Source of the DNA: Macrostomum hystrix
Taxonomy: Eukaryota; Animalia; Platyhelminthes
Direction: 5' to 3'
Length of the DNA stretch: 64,000 bases
Assembly: GCA_950097015.1 (NCBI GenBank)
Contig: CATNEN010000039.1
Span: 20,274,001-20,338,000 of the forward strand
Shown here: positions 13,507 through 26,569 of the stretch, piece by piece
How positions within the stretch are numbered: position 1 is the stretch's first letter
Layout of the letters: every line of letters begins with the position of its first letter
Made by a program: the position numbers and the translations under genes
The notes under the pieces: model-generated
Told to the model about the DNA's origin: nothing
The model's database searches: none
The model's input: the letters and a program-made list of their open reading frames with translations, nothing else

Positions 13507-14174
13507 AAATTTGGGTAGATTTATTAAATGATTATTGTTGCTACCATTATTATCTCTCTCAATTCTCTAACCCTACTTTACTGTCAATTCTTTGTTCTGC
13601 ATTTTATGCTCTGTCTGTTTCCTGTCTTCCCATTTCAACCCGCGCGTGTCTATTTTTACCTCTCTTTTATCCTCTCCCCAAATCTCCACAAAAGTAATCC
13701 AGAAAATTACACCCAGCAGTGGTCTATTCTGAATTATTGAACCAATCACGTATCTGCTTTCACGCGCGTTTTTTTTATAGAAAAAAACTTTCTTATCTAA
13801 TCAGAGCAAATTAAAACAAAAGGACCGATCGACATTGGCTTTTGTCCAACAAAACTCAAGTTCTTTAAATAGATTAGAATGCACTTTTAAATTAAATTCA
13901 ACGGGCATTATATAGAGAAGCGAGCAATGGGTTAGGCGTCAAACGGAACTGCCAAATCACCTGAGTCACTTTAAGATACAGCTCACTGTCTGACACAGGC
14001 GTGACTGAGAGGTGGAGAGCGCGAAAGAAGGATTAACTGCTACTCGATCAACGGGTTTAACTCAACTGCCTCTCTAACTTTCCGTTTTGTCCAATATCTT
14101 CTCTCTTCTCGCCTCTCCTTTCCATGTAGTTCCATTTTGCATATACCCCCTGGGTGTACTTGTATGGCTCTCAA

Positions 14175-14718
14175 AGCTCTCCTCTGTCCTCTTTCCTCTC
14201 TTCTTTCCTCTATCCTATCTCCTCTCTCCCATCTCCCATCTCCTATCTCTTCTCTCCCATCTCCTATCTCTTATCTCCTCTCACCCATCTCCTATCTCCT
14301 ATCTCCTATCTCCTCTCTCCCATTCTCCTATCTCCAATCTCCTCTCTCCCATCTCCTATCTCCTATCTCTTCTTTCCCATCTCCTATCTCCTATCACTTC
14401 TCCTTCCCATCTCCTATCTCCTATCTCCTTTCTCCCATCTCCTATCTCCTATCTCCTCTCTCTTCTTTCCTCTATCCTATCTCCTCTCTCCTCTCTCCTC
14501 TCCTCTCTGCTCTCTCCTCTCTCCTATCTGCTCTCTCCTCTCTCCTCTCTCTTCTCTTCTCTCCTCTATCCTATCTCTTCTCTCTTCTCCCCTCTCCTAT
14601 CTCCTCTCTCCTCTCTCCTATCTCTTCTCTACTTTCCTCTATCCTATCTCCTCTATCCTATCTGCTCTCTCCCATCTCCTCTCTCTTCTCTCCTCTCCTC
14701 TATCCTATCTCCTATCCC
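14175..14718. repeat. Degenerate pyrimidine-rich low-complexity array (CTCCTATCT-type)
   Basis: Direct inspection of the sequence. Confidence 0.85.
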
Positions 14719-15168
14719 GGTAACCCGAAATACCGGCAAATTTAAATTAAGTTTTTTGCGTTTTTTTACCGCTTCAGGGCCCGGAATTAGAAGGTTTCTC
14801 TCCTATCTCTCCCTCTGTCTGAGAGGAATGACAATAGGCGATTAGCTTTTGATTCCAACTCTAACTGTGTAATAATAACCAATAGTTCATAGTTTTCTCG
14901 TGCATTGATGTCACCAACATCTTAATTTGTGAAAATTTATCAATGGAAGTCACGCTCGTTTGCTTTATGATCGAGAAGTTTTTTGTCTAGGCAAATGTTT
15001 TTTGCATCATCTGCGGTTTCTAGTTTCATTTTTTCTGTTTTATTACTGGAAAAAAATATCAATCTCAGCCATAAGGAACAGCATTATTTGTTAGAAACTT
15101 TTCTAATGACAATTTTACACTGAAGCATTCGTTTCTTGAACAATGGTTTCAAGTTTTTAAGTTTAATT

Positions 15169-18100
15169 TTAGAGTTTGGCATCCCGGGCTTGGCCTGATA
15201 GAATTGCAGGCAATGAAACAGCCACCAATGCGGCTACAGACAATGGCATCCAGGAAGCGAGTCTGCCCGGCGCGCCGGATTTGGTGGTTGTCAGCGGTGG
15301 AACCGCTGTTGTCGAGCCCAGGTACCAATCTTCCGACGGGCAGTTAGCGTCCCAACCAACCTTCTCATTGTTCTGCTTCACTGAATCGTTTAGAAACTTG
15401 ATCAACGGTTGAAAGTATTCCATCAGGGGCTGCGCGCTGATTTCGCGGCTTCCAGTTAGTTCAAAGAGTGCGTCCTCCCAGTGCTTGGACGAGCCCAAAG
15501 CAAGCATATTCCTGAGAAGGCAGAAATCAGACTGATTAACGCCCTTAGAAGCTTCAGAATCAGGTTTATGGAGGGTTTGCGCAGGGTTTGGAGTGAGGTG
15601 GCTGTGGAGGAGGGTTCGCGCAGGGGTGTGCAGTGAAGTGGCTGTCAGAGTGAGGGTTCTCGCAGGGGTGTGGAGTGAGGTGGCTGTCAGAGTGAGGATT
15701 CGCGCAGGGGTTTGGAGTGAGGTGGCTGTTAGAGTGAGGATTCGCGCAGGGGTTTGGAGTGAGGTGGCTGTTAGAGTGAGGATTCGCGCAGGGGTGTGGA
15801 GTGAGGTGGTTGTTAAAGTGAGAATTTACTGAGAGGCATAACGGGAGTGGGGTGGATGCGTTTGGTTGGGGTTACCGTTGGGCATTCGCTAAGGTTTTTT
15901 CTCTCCTAAGTATGCCACAAGAGTCTCACTCGAACTGAAAAATCGAGAACTCACTTCATAGCCTCGCCAGCAGTTTTGCTTTGGTAGAAGTCGCACTTGT
16001 AAAGCGGTCCCTTATGGCCGGACTTGTCGCAAAGCGCCTTGTAAAACTGGAACTGGAGGAAGTGGCTGATGAAGTAGCGAATGTAGGGCGTGTTTCCGGG
16101 CACGTGGTACTTGGCTCCCGGGTCGAAGTCGTCCTCCGTGCGCAGCACCGGGCTGGCCACGCCCTGCAGCTCGCAGCGCAGTTTCCACCAGGCCGAGTTG
16201 TACTGCTCCGGCTGCACTTCGCCCTTGAAGACGCCCCAGCGCCACTTGTCAATCAGGTAGCCGAACGGTATGAAGGCGATTTTCTTGAGCGCCATTAGGA
16301 ACATATAGTTCACGTAGTATTCATCGGATTCAATCGTGGAATTAAGGAGGCCAATCTTGACTAGGTGCTCCGGGGTCATGACTGACAGCTCGATTGTGTC
16401 GCCCACAGCCTCGTGGAAGCCCGGATTCGCTCCCTGGCGGAACGGCACTGGCTGGTTCTGGTACTGCATGAAGTACTGAATGTGACCCATCTCGTGATGC
16501 GTCGTAGCCAGGTAGGACAAGGTGACGCTGGTGCACTGCTTGACCCGGAAGTCGCCCTGGCCAGTGTAGAAGTCCCAGGCGGAGGCGTGACAGTTCATCT
16601 CAACATTAGGCAGGCGCTCGATCACGGACTTGGCCCAGAATTTGTCCGTCATATTGCCCCAGCCCAGGCTGGCAAAGAACTCTTCGCTGACTTGGAACAT
16701 TTTGGTGGCATTCCAGCCCTGAAATGGTCGCGACAATCAATACGTAATTCAACTCAAACCGAAACATCTTCAGCTAACGTCACTATCAATTATCGGAGCA
16801 GCTCCTAGCAACTTACCTTCCGCACCATCTCCTTGGTGATGTCAACAGTCCACTGCTCCGGATAGGGCACCGTGAGGTCCTCCACGTTGGCCCAGCTCTG
16901 TGCCCACATGTTGCCCATGATGTGGGCCGGCAGGTGATTGGTCGGTGGAAAGATGCTGGCATCGAAGTGTCGCCTTAGCTTCATTCGCACGTAGGCGTGC
17001 AGCAGTTCATAGAACGGCTTGAACTCCTTCCACAGGCTCTCCATGCTGGCCTCGAAGTCGTCTTTCGGCTCGTACCAAGACTGCCAGTACTTGGCTAGGT
17101 TGGCATAGCCGGCTTGGTTGATCATGCTGTTGGCAAGGCTGACAAACTGCTGATAGCTCTGCTTCATCTTCTTGCCAGAAGCGTCTCTCCAGCCGACCCA
17201 GAAGGCCCGCTTGACCGGCTCGGAAACGCTTAGGTTCGCCATAGCGAGCACAATATCTGCGGAGGCACGGCTTTGGTGTTTAGGGTTTCGAAATTTCTAT
17301 TTTTTGCGATTTTTATGTGGCGCATGCTAAACTAAAGCGACCTACGTAGGATTTAATAACTCAATTAATTTTATTATTAAAAAAACGAAGCAGTCCTACT
17401 GGGTTCCAGTGGGACCTCCAGACCCGTGCGCGGATCCTTCACTTTGGCTGTGTTGTAGAACGTCGCTAGCCTTGTCCTCACCTCGCTGTACTGTAATGCG
17501 GATGTTTTTTAGTATTTTATTACCTAATAAAACGTGACACTATGACGTACATGTCTAATTTCAGAAAAAAATATTTTTATCGAATTGGTGCCCACAAAAA
17601 TTTCCCGGACGTATGAAGGTCACGGAAGTGTACATAGATTTTTCATGACCAAGTAAATTTTGAGGACGGATGAAGGTCAGGGAGGCGGATATCGTTTTTG
17701 TGACCAAGAAAATTTTGAGGACGTGTGAAGGTCAAGGAGGCGGATATCGAGTCTTCGTGACCAAGAAAATGTGTCCAAGCGACATGGAAGTTATCGGCCA
17801 ATGTCTCACCATCTCCTGCATTGTCGAGTTGGCTACAGATGTTCCAATGTCGTCCGCCTTGCTAAACAATCGCAACAAATTTGTGTCGGTAAAGTTTCTC
17901 CAGTTAAATTGCTGCATATCGTTTCGCTTGCTCTTTAAAAATTCTGTCAGGGCTAGCTCAGCCTCCACCAGCTTGCGCGAGTTCTCGTCATTGATGTTTA
18001 CCGCGTAGTTCCAACTAGCTTCGACTGCTAGGTTCCTCTGCGTCGCTAGCTGGGTGTTGAATTCTTCAAACCAAATTCGTGCCGCAGTTTCATTATTGCT

Positions 18101-18172
18101 AATGCCATAGCAACTGCCTAGCAACAGCAGGAGCAGAGGCGTCGCTGCTTGCAGGCTCCGTTTAAGATGCAT
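15169..18172 (-). CDS. ACE: Angiotensin-converting enzyme-like peptidyl-dipeptidase A (peptidase M2), single catalytic domain, about 666 aa
   Basis: Exons 18172-17810, 17490-17400, 17256-16817, 16718-15955 and 15511-15169, all GT-AG with consistent phases (2001 nt). Signal peptide, GNMWAQSW, CHASAWDF, zinc motif HHEMGH, GFHEAVGD, DFDPGAKYHV, hydrophobic C-terminus. Confidence 0.95.
15575..15830. repeat. 42-bp tandem repeat in ACE intron 4
   Basis: About 6 copies of GGAGTGAGGTGGCTGTTAGAGTGAGGATTCGCGCAGGGGT-type units. Confidence 0.85.
17605..17790. repeat. About 56-bp degenerate tandem repeat in ACE intron 1
   Basis: GGACG..TGAAGGTCA...TGACCAAG occurs three times. Confidence 0.7.
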
Positions 18173-18764
18173 CGGCTGTTGGAAAATAATTCCAATTGCT
18201 TTTCTCTCGAGTCGCGAGTGCAATAAATTGTGCTAGACGCGGTCGCATTAAATAATTTCCTTTAGCCTCGTGATGTGTGCGTTGTCGTGATAGTCGCCTG
18301 GTAACTCAGGTAAATAGTTTGCATTGATAAAGCAGTACGATAACTTGCCAATGAGTTGAGCAGCATGTTGTTCGCAAATTATTCATGTTTTTCTATTCTT
18401 AGCAAAAAATCGTTTCTAAATGGATTTCAAGTTAGTAGCGAAGCTGATAAGCGTTATCTGACCTGACGAAGCAAAACATATAGATTCGAGTTTTCCAGAA
18501 TTCTTGCTTAAAATTTAAATGAAGAGCGAAAAATGTAAAGAAAAATTAATCAGCTGCTACTCGCAACCACAAGAGACAAGGAGACACAGTAAAAAAATCT
18601 AAAATGCACAACGCAAAGCACAATATTGCAGTCAAATTGCTCCCAGTCTATTTCAAAATTTTGAGAATTCGAAAGCACAGGTCAATGTTCAAAGTACACG
18701 TAAGCTTCACGCCTGGGGAACATTTTGATCTAGAAAATCCTATAGTTACGTCCTATAGTTACAT

Positions 18765-19490
18765 CTACTTGGGTCAGGTTGAACTTAGGTCAGGTTAAAC
18801 GTGGGTCAGGTTAAACTTGGGTCAGGTTAAACTTGGGTCAGGTTAAACTTGGGTTACGTTAACTTGGGGTCAGGTTGAACTTGGGTCAGGTTAAACTTGG
18901 GTTACGTTACCTTGGGTCAGGTTAAACTTGGGTCAGGTTAAACTTAGGTCAGGTTAAACTTGGGTCAGGTTAAACTTGGGTCAGGTTAAACTTGGGTCAG
19001 GTTAAACTGGGTCAGGTTAAACTTGGGTTACGTTAACTTGGGTCAGGTTAAACGTGGGTCAGGTTAAACTTGGGTCAGGTTAAACTTGGGTTACGTTAAC
19101 TTGGGGTCAGGTTGAACTTGGGGTCAGGTTAAACTTGGGTTACGTTAACTTGGGGTCAGGTTGAACTTGGGGTCAGGTTAAACTTGGGTTACGTTAACTT
19201 GGGGTCAGGTTGAACTTGGGTCAGGTTAAACTTGGGTTACGTTACCTTGGGTCAGGTTGAACTTGGGTCAGGTTGAACTTGGGTCAGGTTAAACTTGGGT
19301 CAGGTTAAGCTTGGGCCAGGTTAAAGTTGGGTCAGGTTAAACTTGGGTTAGGTTGAACTTGGGTCAGGTTAAACTTGGGTTACGTTACCTTGGGTCAGGT
19401 TGAACTTGGGTCAGGTTGAACTTGGGTCAGTTAAAACTTGGGTCAGGTTGAACTTGGGTCAGGTTAAGCTTGGGTCAGGTTAAAGTTGGA
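18765..19490. repeat. 16-bp minisatellite (AAACTTGGGTCAGGTT)
   Basis: Tandem periodicity. Confidence 0.95.
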
Positions 19491-19872
19491 TTGTAACTAG
19501 ATTGTAACTAGTTGGTATACAATCTAACATGTTAGTGTAAAATCTAACAGGTTGTTGTACAATCTAACATGTTGGTGTACAATCTAACTAGTTGGTGTAC
19601 AATCTAACTAGTTCGTGTACAATCTAACTAGTTGGTGTACAATCTAACAGGTTGGTGTACAATCTATCAGGTTGGTGTACAATCTAGCAGGTTGGTGTAA
19701 AATCTAACAGGTTGGTGTACAGTCTAACAGGTTGGTGTACAATCTAACAGGTTGGTGTACAATCTAGCAGGTTGGTGTACAATCTAACAGGTTGGTGTAC
19801 AATCTAGCAGGTTGGTGTACAATCTAACAGGTTGGTGTACAATCTAGCAGGTTGATGTACAATCTAACAGTT
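19491..19872. repeat. 20-bp minisatellite (GTTGGTGTACAATCTAACAG) abutting the 16-bp array
   Basis: Tandem periodicity. Confidence 0.95.
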
Positions 19873-20435
19873 TTGTTTCGAATCGAATTCATTGGTGACA
19901 AATGGATGTCCAAATGAAAAATTTGTAGGCAATTTATGGATGATGTACACTTTTTACGTTTATTTTTCACAAAAGAACACAGATAAATAACTATAGTCTG
20001 ACGAAGCGTTGTCCTTTTTCCTGGACGGCTAAAGAACACAAAAGCTAAGATAAATAACAGGCACAACAACGCAAAATAACTTTTTCTATCTAGAGGTAAG
20101 CATTCGGTTGCAAAGCAGAACACTAATACAGCAACTCAAAGTTTAATTCTGTATGAAAATATTTCAGAGAATCAATGAATAGTGTCACAGCGCAACAATG
20201 TGGCAGAACAAAGAGGCATGTTGTAATCAGTAACTAAGTTAGCATGACACACTGGCGTTAGTTTCGATGACAAGGTGACCCACTATATGCAGCAAATCGA
20301 GTTAATCAGCCTAAAAAACTGTTTAGTTAAAGTACAAATTTTCCGATGTCGTGAAGCGAATGCGCATTTTTCCGAAATCTGTCTCTACATTAGCCAGGAG
20401 TAAATAGCAGAACCTTCTATGTCAGTTCTCCTTCG

Positions 20436-23032
20436 TCACTCGAATCGCTTCAGCAGCTGCTGCCGCCGTCTCTGTTCCTCGTCAAGCGGCTCTTCGGACA
20501 GTTCCACTTCGTCAGCCGGCGAGAGGTCGCTGCCGTTTCTCTGCCCGACTGGCTCGAGGCAGATTTCATCTGCCTCCGTCTGGAATCGGATGCTCTTTGC
20601 TAGATACTGCGGCGGCTGCTGCTGCTGCTGCTTCTGCTGCTGCTCCTTGCGGCGCTTCCTACGGCGAGGCCTCCTGCCCAGCGCCAAGGCCATGTTGCGG
20701 CGAAAGTTGGCGCTCCACACGCAGTAGATGAAAAAGTTCACGGCCGAGTTAAGCAGGGTTAACAGCGAGCCGACAGAATAAAAGTATGAATAGAACCAGT
20801 TGCCTTTCTCGAAGCTGGTGTCCAGCAGAAGGTGCCAGACAGCTCCGGGCAGTTCAGTGGCAACAAACACAGCAATGATGACCACCAGCATCTTGGTGTC
20901 CTCGGTGCGTCTCGTTGCTTCCCTGGTGAGAATTGCTCGAATTCGCGATGCCACTAGCAGGCTCCGGATAAGCAGAGCATTGAATACCAGCAGCCACAGA
21001 ACAGGGCCCAGCGACAGAAAGATGAAGTACATCAGCTTCTTGTACACCAGCATGTACAAATGGCCGAAGCGCTCCGGCTGGGCCTGTGTGACATTCAGCG
21101 GCAGGCAGCGGTGTGGAACAACCGTGTGCTCAATCAGTAGCGGCAGGTTGTACAGCAGGGAAGTGGCAGAGACGCAGATGCAGTACATGCGCGAGCGACG
21201 CGGGTTGCTTCGCCGGCCGGACATGAAAGGGTTCTGCACCACTGTGTAGCGGTCGAGCGCCACGATGAGGATGATCCAGTTGCGAGCGGTGCGAGCCACG
21301 CTGCCCAGGTACCAGACCGCGGGTAGGGCCACTTGGATGACAGGATTAGCATTCAGCAGAGTCTGCAGCTGGACTCCAGACTCGTCCCGAATAAGGACAC
21401 CAAGGCCCATGTAGACTACGATGTAGGGCGCGGAAAGACCGATGAACACGGTGTCGACTGCGGGGACGTGTGGTGACGGAGGGGTTAATAATAATGATAT
21501 GTGCGTGTGGCCAAAGGCACATGGAACGTCATTTAATGTTTGTAGCAACGACCACTAGAAGAAGAAGGATGGGACACTTCGTTTCCTGGAAAATATATTA
21601 AAGGTAGATTTTCACGGAAGCACAAGCGACATAGGAAATTGTCACGTTTTTCACATAAAATTGTTGATAACTTTTTACTGGAAGCCAATCCAATGCTGTT
21701 CTTTTAATGTATCTTGCAAAAAATTTCGCTTCAACGAATTTTTGAAAGCTTCTTTTCTTAAACATTGATAATTAATGATAAAGATAAATATGATAAATTA
21801 AGGAAAAAAATGAAGATAAATTATTCATGAATGAAGCTTCCAAGAAGCAAAGTGCCCGTCCATTTACTTCTTGTGGTCCTTGATTTGTAGTCGCTTTTTT
21901 TCAAACGTCTATGGCTCAAAGCTTTTCTAAAAAGGAAATTTAGATTACCGTTTATTGGTTGATAATTCAATCTCGGCCATAGACTATTTGACCAATGAAG
22001 CTATCGGTCATAGAAAAATTATAATAGCTCGTAAATCATCAAGGACTACTTAATCTGTGATTAAGAAGTCCTTGTAAATAACCAAATTGACACGTGCAGA
22101 AATGTTAGGGCACAGGTACTTAGGTATTTTGTATTACTTTACGCTCGTATATAGCTGAATATATTATAGCATTTGTGGGTTGAGGGTTATATGTTCGGTT
22201 TGTTTTACTAAATCTAATCCATTCAAAATTTTAAACGCAACGTTAGACTACGAAAAGTGGAAATCTAAAAACTGCACCGGGTATGAATGAAAAAGTACAT
22301 ACAGTTAGAGTTCCAGAATTGCATTGGCTTCCTGCAATTTTCTCGATAATCTTTTTCCTTCTCTCTCAATCAAATACAACATGAGTGCTGCATTAAAGTT
22401 TCGTCATTTTTATTTTTGTGATTCTACTGCTGCATGCCGAATTCGTATTGTGGGATTGTTTAGAATGGATATATCAATAATAAACAGTACGAGCTATTTT
22501 ATCGTTCCGTTTGCAGAAAGATATGCTAAATATGAACGATGTTTACTAAATTTATGTCTATCGGTTTGATTTTTATGAGAAAATGCTGTGAAAACCCCGG
22601 GGGTAAAACTTATATCTGCCTGGTGAATTCATAGTCCAGGCAGTGCAAACTCTCAATGAGCCCTGTGGGTTGGCGGGATGGGCATCACTTCACAACGCCA
22701 GCCCCAAGCCTTCTCTCCGTGGCTGCGCCCCAAACGTCGCGGATTCGAGCTCAGGGCGCTCGGTGTTGGACGCGGACCTAACCACGATGTCACACATTCG
22801 GATACTTACAAGTTGACAGCGCCAGTAGCAGTACACTCATCGACGACTTCCCAATGTCCCGCTTCAGCACCAGAATTGACAGCGAATTCAGAACCAGGCC
22901 CATCACAAAAATGATCGACGATAGAATGACATCTGTTAGCAGGATGAAGCGCTTCTCAAATGCGTTGAAATGGTCGGCAAGGCAGGAGTCGTTCGACTCA
23001 CTGTCGTTCAGCCCGTATACGTTGTCGCTCAT
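20436..23032 (-). CDS. Class A neuropeptide GPCR, FMRFamide-receptor-like, about 414 aa
   Basis: Exons 23032-22810 and 21457-20436, with a phase 1 junction giving LALST-FDTVFIG. TM1 GLVLN, TM3 LDRY, TM7 NSAVNFFIYC, N-glycosylation sites in the N-terminus, basic and polyQ tail. Confidence 0.9.
21546..21882. mobile_element. Non-autonomous DNA transposon (MITE), P- or hAT-like, in the GPCR intron
   Basis: About 45-bp degenerate TIRs CAA(C/G)GACCAC...; 8-bp TSD GTTTGTAG / ATTTGTAG. Confidence 0.7.
22695..22790 (-). mobile_element. SINE family 1 fragment
   Basis: CCCCAAGCCTTCTCTCCGTGGCTGCGCCCCAAA is shared with the copy at 45281-45652. Confidence 0.6.
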
Positions 23033-24974
23033 GTTTACTACTTAATCGAGCAAAGTTTGACTTCTGTGCCTAAGGAAGGTACCTAGTACAGACTGGCGAC
23101 TTACGTTGGAGAGGCATTTGTTATACTATGGGGCAACATTCCACCCCGAGGAGGGGAAGAAAATTTCTGGGAGGAATTAATCCGAGTGTGCAGCGAACCA
23201 ATCAGGAGCGGCAGACTGCCTGCAGCAGAAGGAAGGTGAGAGTTTTGGGCGGCTTTCGGTTTCTGCGCTTCCTTTAGCAGCAATTATGCACGTCAGCAGG
23301 AAAAAATCAAGCCCTTCTTTAACACAAACGTAGGCACTGTAATTATCATTGCCCTCCAGTTGCTAGGAGTTTGCCTATCCCCAACTTTTAATTTACTGCT
23401 ACGCCTCAGACGAATATGAAGGACTAATTTCCTCTTTTTAATCACCTTCTATAGTTCAGTGGAATGGCGAATAGAACCTAAAATAATGACAAATGACTAT
23501 TTTGTACCAAAGAATGCTAAATAAAAGCAGACATCCACCTTTGCAGAAAACATCCCGTGACCCGTATAGCCGTGCTATTTTCTGCGGTAATCCACAGCTC
23601 TGTGATATTGCTTAGGCTATTGGCACGAATGCGTAATAAACTTAGGAAAGCAGAGAAACAAAAAGAAGTACACCAAGAGACATGACGGATGCGACAGACA
23701 GTCTGATCTAAAATTACCGTTCATCCGTTTCGACGTTGCATCATTTTTACTAATTAGTCGATAAGTCTAATTTCTAAGATAATCAGCATAAAAACAAAAC
23801 CGTGGCGCCATTTTCCGTCAATTATGGCTCGAAAAAACACGATAACTTCGTGAAAACCAGATTTTTCTGAGACTAATATTTGAATCGAAAATAGAGTAAA
23901 AATAGGTTTGAAAATACCAACTCGCAAAATATGGCAGCAGAGCCGACAGAAGAAAAACAAATCTAGACAAAAGCGATTTACAGATATTTGTGTTGTTCAA
24001 ATTTGCGGCAAATCCAAACTGAATATAGAATGTCTTTCAATATTGTTCTATTGTGTTTGAACAATCAATTTATCATTTTCCCTGAAGGCAACCGCCATCG
24101 TTTCATTGTTTAGTCGACAAAAGCCACCTGGTTGCGAATCCTGTTTCTCTATACGCTTTCGATTCCCAGGAAATAAAAAAACTTGACTTTGTGATATGCG
24201 AAACAGCACTTTTTTCAAAGACATTGCATCGAAAAATTGCAAACATATAAAAAAATCAATGGAGTAAATATCATGGGATAGAAATTGGGACTTTTGTTAA
24301 AAATCAAACCAATCCAAACCAAATCAAACCAAAATCGACCGATCGGTTGATCGTTGAATGGAATTTGGCAATACTTGTGCAAAATAGAAAATATTTCTAA
24401 AAATTGAACATAGCCTGGTTGTATCGTAAGCTCGTATCTTCCAAAAATAATATTTTGTAAATTTTTGTTAGCTAACAAAGGAGCCCACATGAATTATATT
24501 TCTGTAATAGAGAAGACTACAATAATGTACCTGCATATTTTCCTGAGGTAAAAATAATATAACTTAAAAATAGAATAATGTGTATTTTACTCACGAACTT
24601 TTAGAGCTTACCCACTTCATGTAAAGTTTGTCCCGAGAAGTTAAAAGCCTAGTAACCCTAGTTGTCATATCATCAGTTATTATCTATTGATTATGTCGAG
24701 GTTCGTCACGACACGTAAACTTGTTTTTATATGAAAAAAACGTTAAAATTACTTGGAGGAAAAAGCTGGTTTCCGCCCACCTGCGTGCCCATTATCTGCC
24801 CGCTCAAAAGCACGCTCAAGCAAGCAAAATGATCTTCGTGTTGCGACGCTAAATGATCTGCGAGTTACGACGAAGATGTTGGAGCTACAAACAGAACTAG
24901 CTATTTCTTTCTAGGATTTGCGACAGACACTTTCAAGAGATTTTACAGAGGTTTTTGATAAGAACATTTTTATT

Positions 24975-25155
24975 ATAGCGCGTTTTCCACTCCCACCAAT
25001 GTCCGTGAGCTCGATAATGTGGTGAAGCCACATACATTCGGGGCGCACGGTATCTATATGTGTGTGCTCAGGAGTCAGCCAAACGGGCAGACACTACATG
25101 GCCTGGTCTACTGTCGCAAAATTATGTGCCAGTGGCTACAGAGCCCTCCTGCAAC
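24975..25155 (+). mobile_element. SINE family 1, internally deleted copy
   Basis: GTGTGTGCTCAGGAGTCAGC...GGGCAGA and the 3' CCTCCTGCAA match the copy at 45281-45652. Confidence 0.6.
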
Positions 25156-26569
25156 TTTTCTTAATCATTGTGAGTTTTTGACGTCCAGACTTGGAAAAAA
25201 CTCTAAATAAGGAAATGACGGCGAGAGAGATACCGAAAGTAAGAGAAGTACAACCATAGTCTGCGCGATAAATTATAGTCCCTGAGGTTGATCAAGCTGC
25301 CCGATAGAGATAATCTTTCGTATTCTTAAAATCTCGCCTCTGACCACTTGATACATGTCCACTTGACTTGTCATACTGTAGCCATTTTTATGACAGGTCT
25401 AAATTTCGCATTTGAATATCACGTCTCACGTCTTTGAATATCATATCACGGCTGTTGAAGGACCCTTGACGATGGGTTGTTGAAGGCCGATGGAATCCGC
25501 TGCACGCATGGAGAAAACCATAGACAGCTTCATTACACACGTCGAAAAAATATTTAAACTGAAAAGGAGAAAAGGCTTTATATGCTTTAAATAAAAAAAT
25601 TCGTCTCATTTAGGTCCTCAAAACCGGAATTGATTAAAAAATCACTGGGGCCTTTGGAATAATATAATAAGGAAGAGGATGTCGACGTTGACGATCACAA
25701 AACAAAAGCTTTTTGGTTTGGGGACTTGCGACGAAAACAGAAGCCATAAAAAATTGGGGGAGGGGAAACTTTTAATTCTTTGAGTTTCATTCATTTTGAA
25801 AGTTCCAGATAGATTGTGTTCGCACAAAAGAGAAGAGGGTGCATCGAAGAATGCGTCGGATGGCAAAATGCGCTTTGAAGTTTTACTACTCGCCTAGGTA
25901 CGAATTCTTACGGGCTGTCCCGAAATGACGTCATAGGCTATTTATAGAAGCCACTCGCGTAGAACGAATCTGACCTTTATTGACTTTTGGTATTGATTGA
26001 CACGTTATTTAGAGTATTCATTTGTCCGTCGAATAGGCGAGCGGTAGCTGGATGTTGTTGTTACTGTTTGCTGCTGCTGTTTTGTTGTTGTGGTTGTTGA
26101 GATTGCTGTTCTTTTATGAAACAGGGAGACATAAAGAAGCCGTAATTTTTGTGAAAAAATTAGGTGTTGTGTATTTGGTCCCTAGATTAGGGATCTATTA
26201 AAAATGTAGCATTTATAAACAGATATTGTATTTAAATAAACAGGAAATTTCACTTGCGCCAGTTATAGATTATAGACTTCCTAAATTTCCTGAAACATGT
26301 ATGAGGTGTTTTAGGTACCTAGCATTTTAAGCTAATTAAAATATTTCCAGGTAACTAGAATTGGAATGTCTAATATAAAGTTTTCAATTATTTCAAGCGC
26401 GTCAATCTTACTTGCATATTCAAAGACTCAAAGACTCAAAGATTCAAAGATTCAAAGCCAACTCAACGCGGCCCTAGTCCACCATTTAGACTATGGTTCA
26501 GCAGAAGTGTAGATAGAAGTTTTTATTGTGGGGTCTAAATCCTGGGTGGAGAATTCCCATCGATTTGCA

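Noticed and set aside
26405-26440. Second SL-like match (TCTTACTTGC...AAGACTCAA)
   Set aside because: Short and gapped, and part of an 8-bp AAAGACTC repeat.
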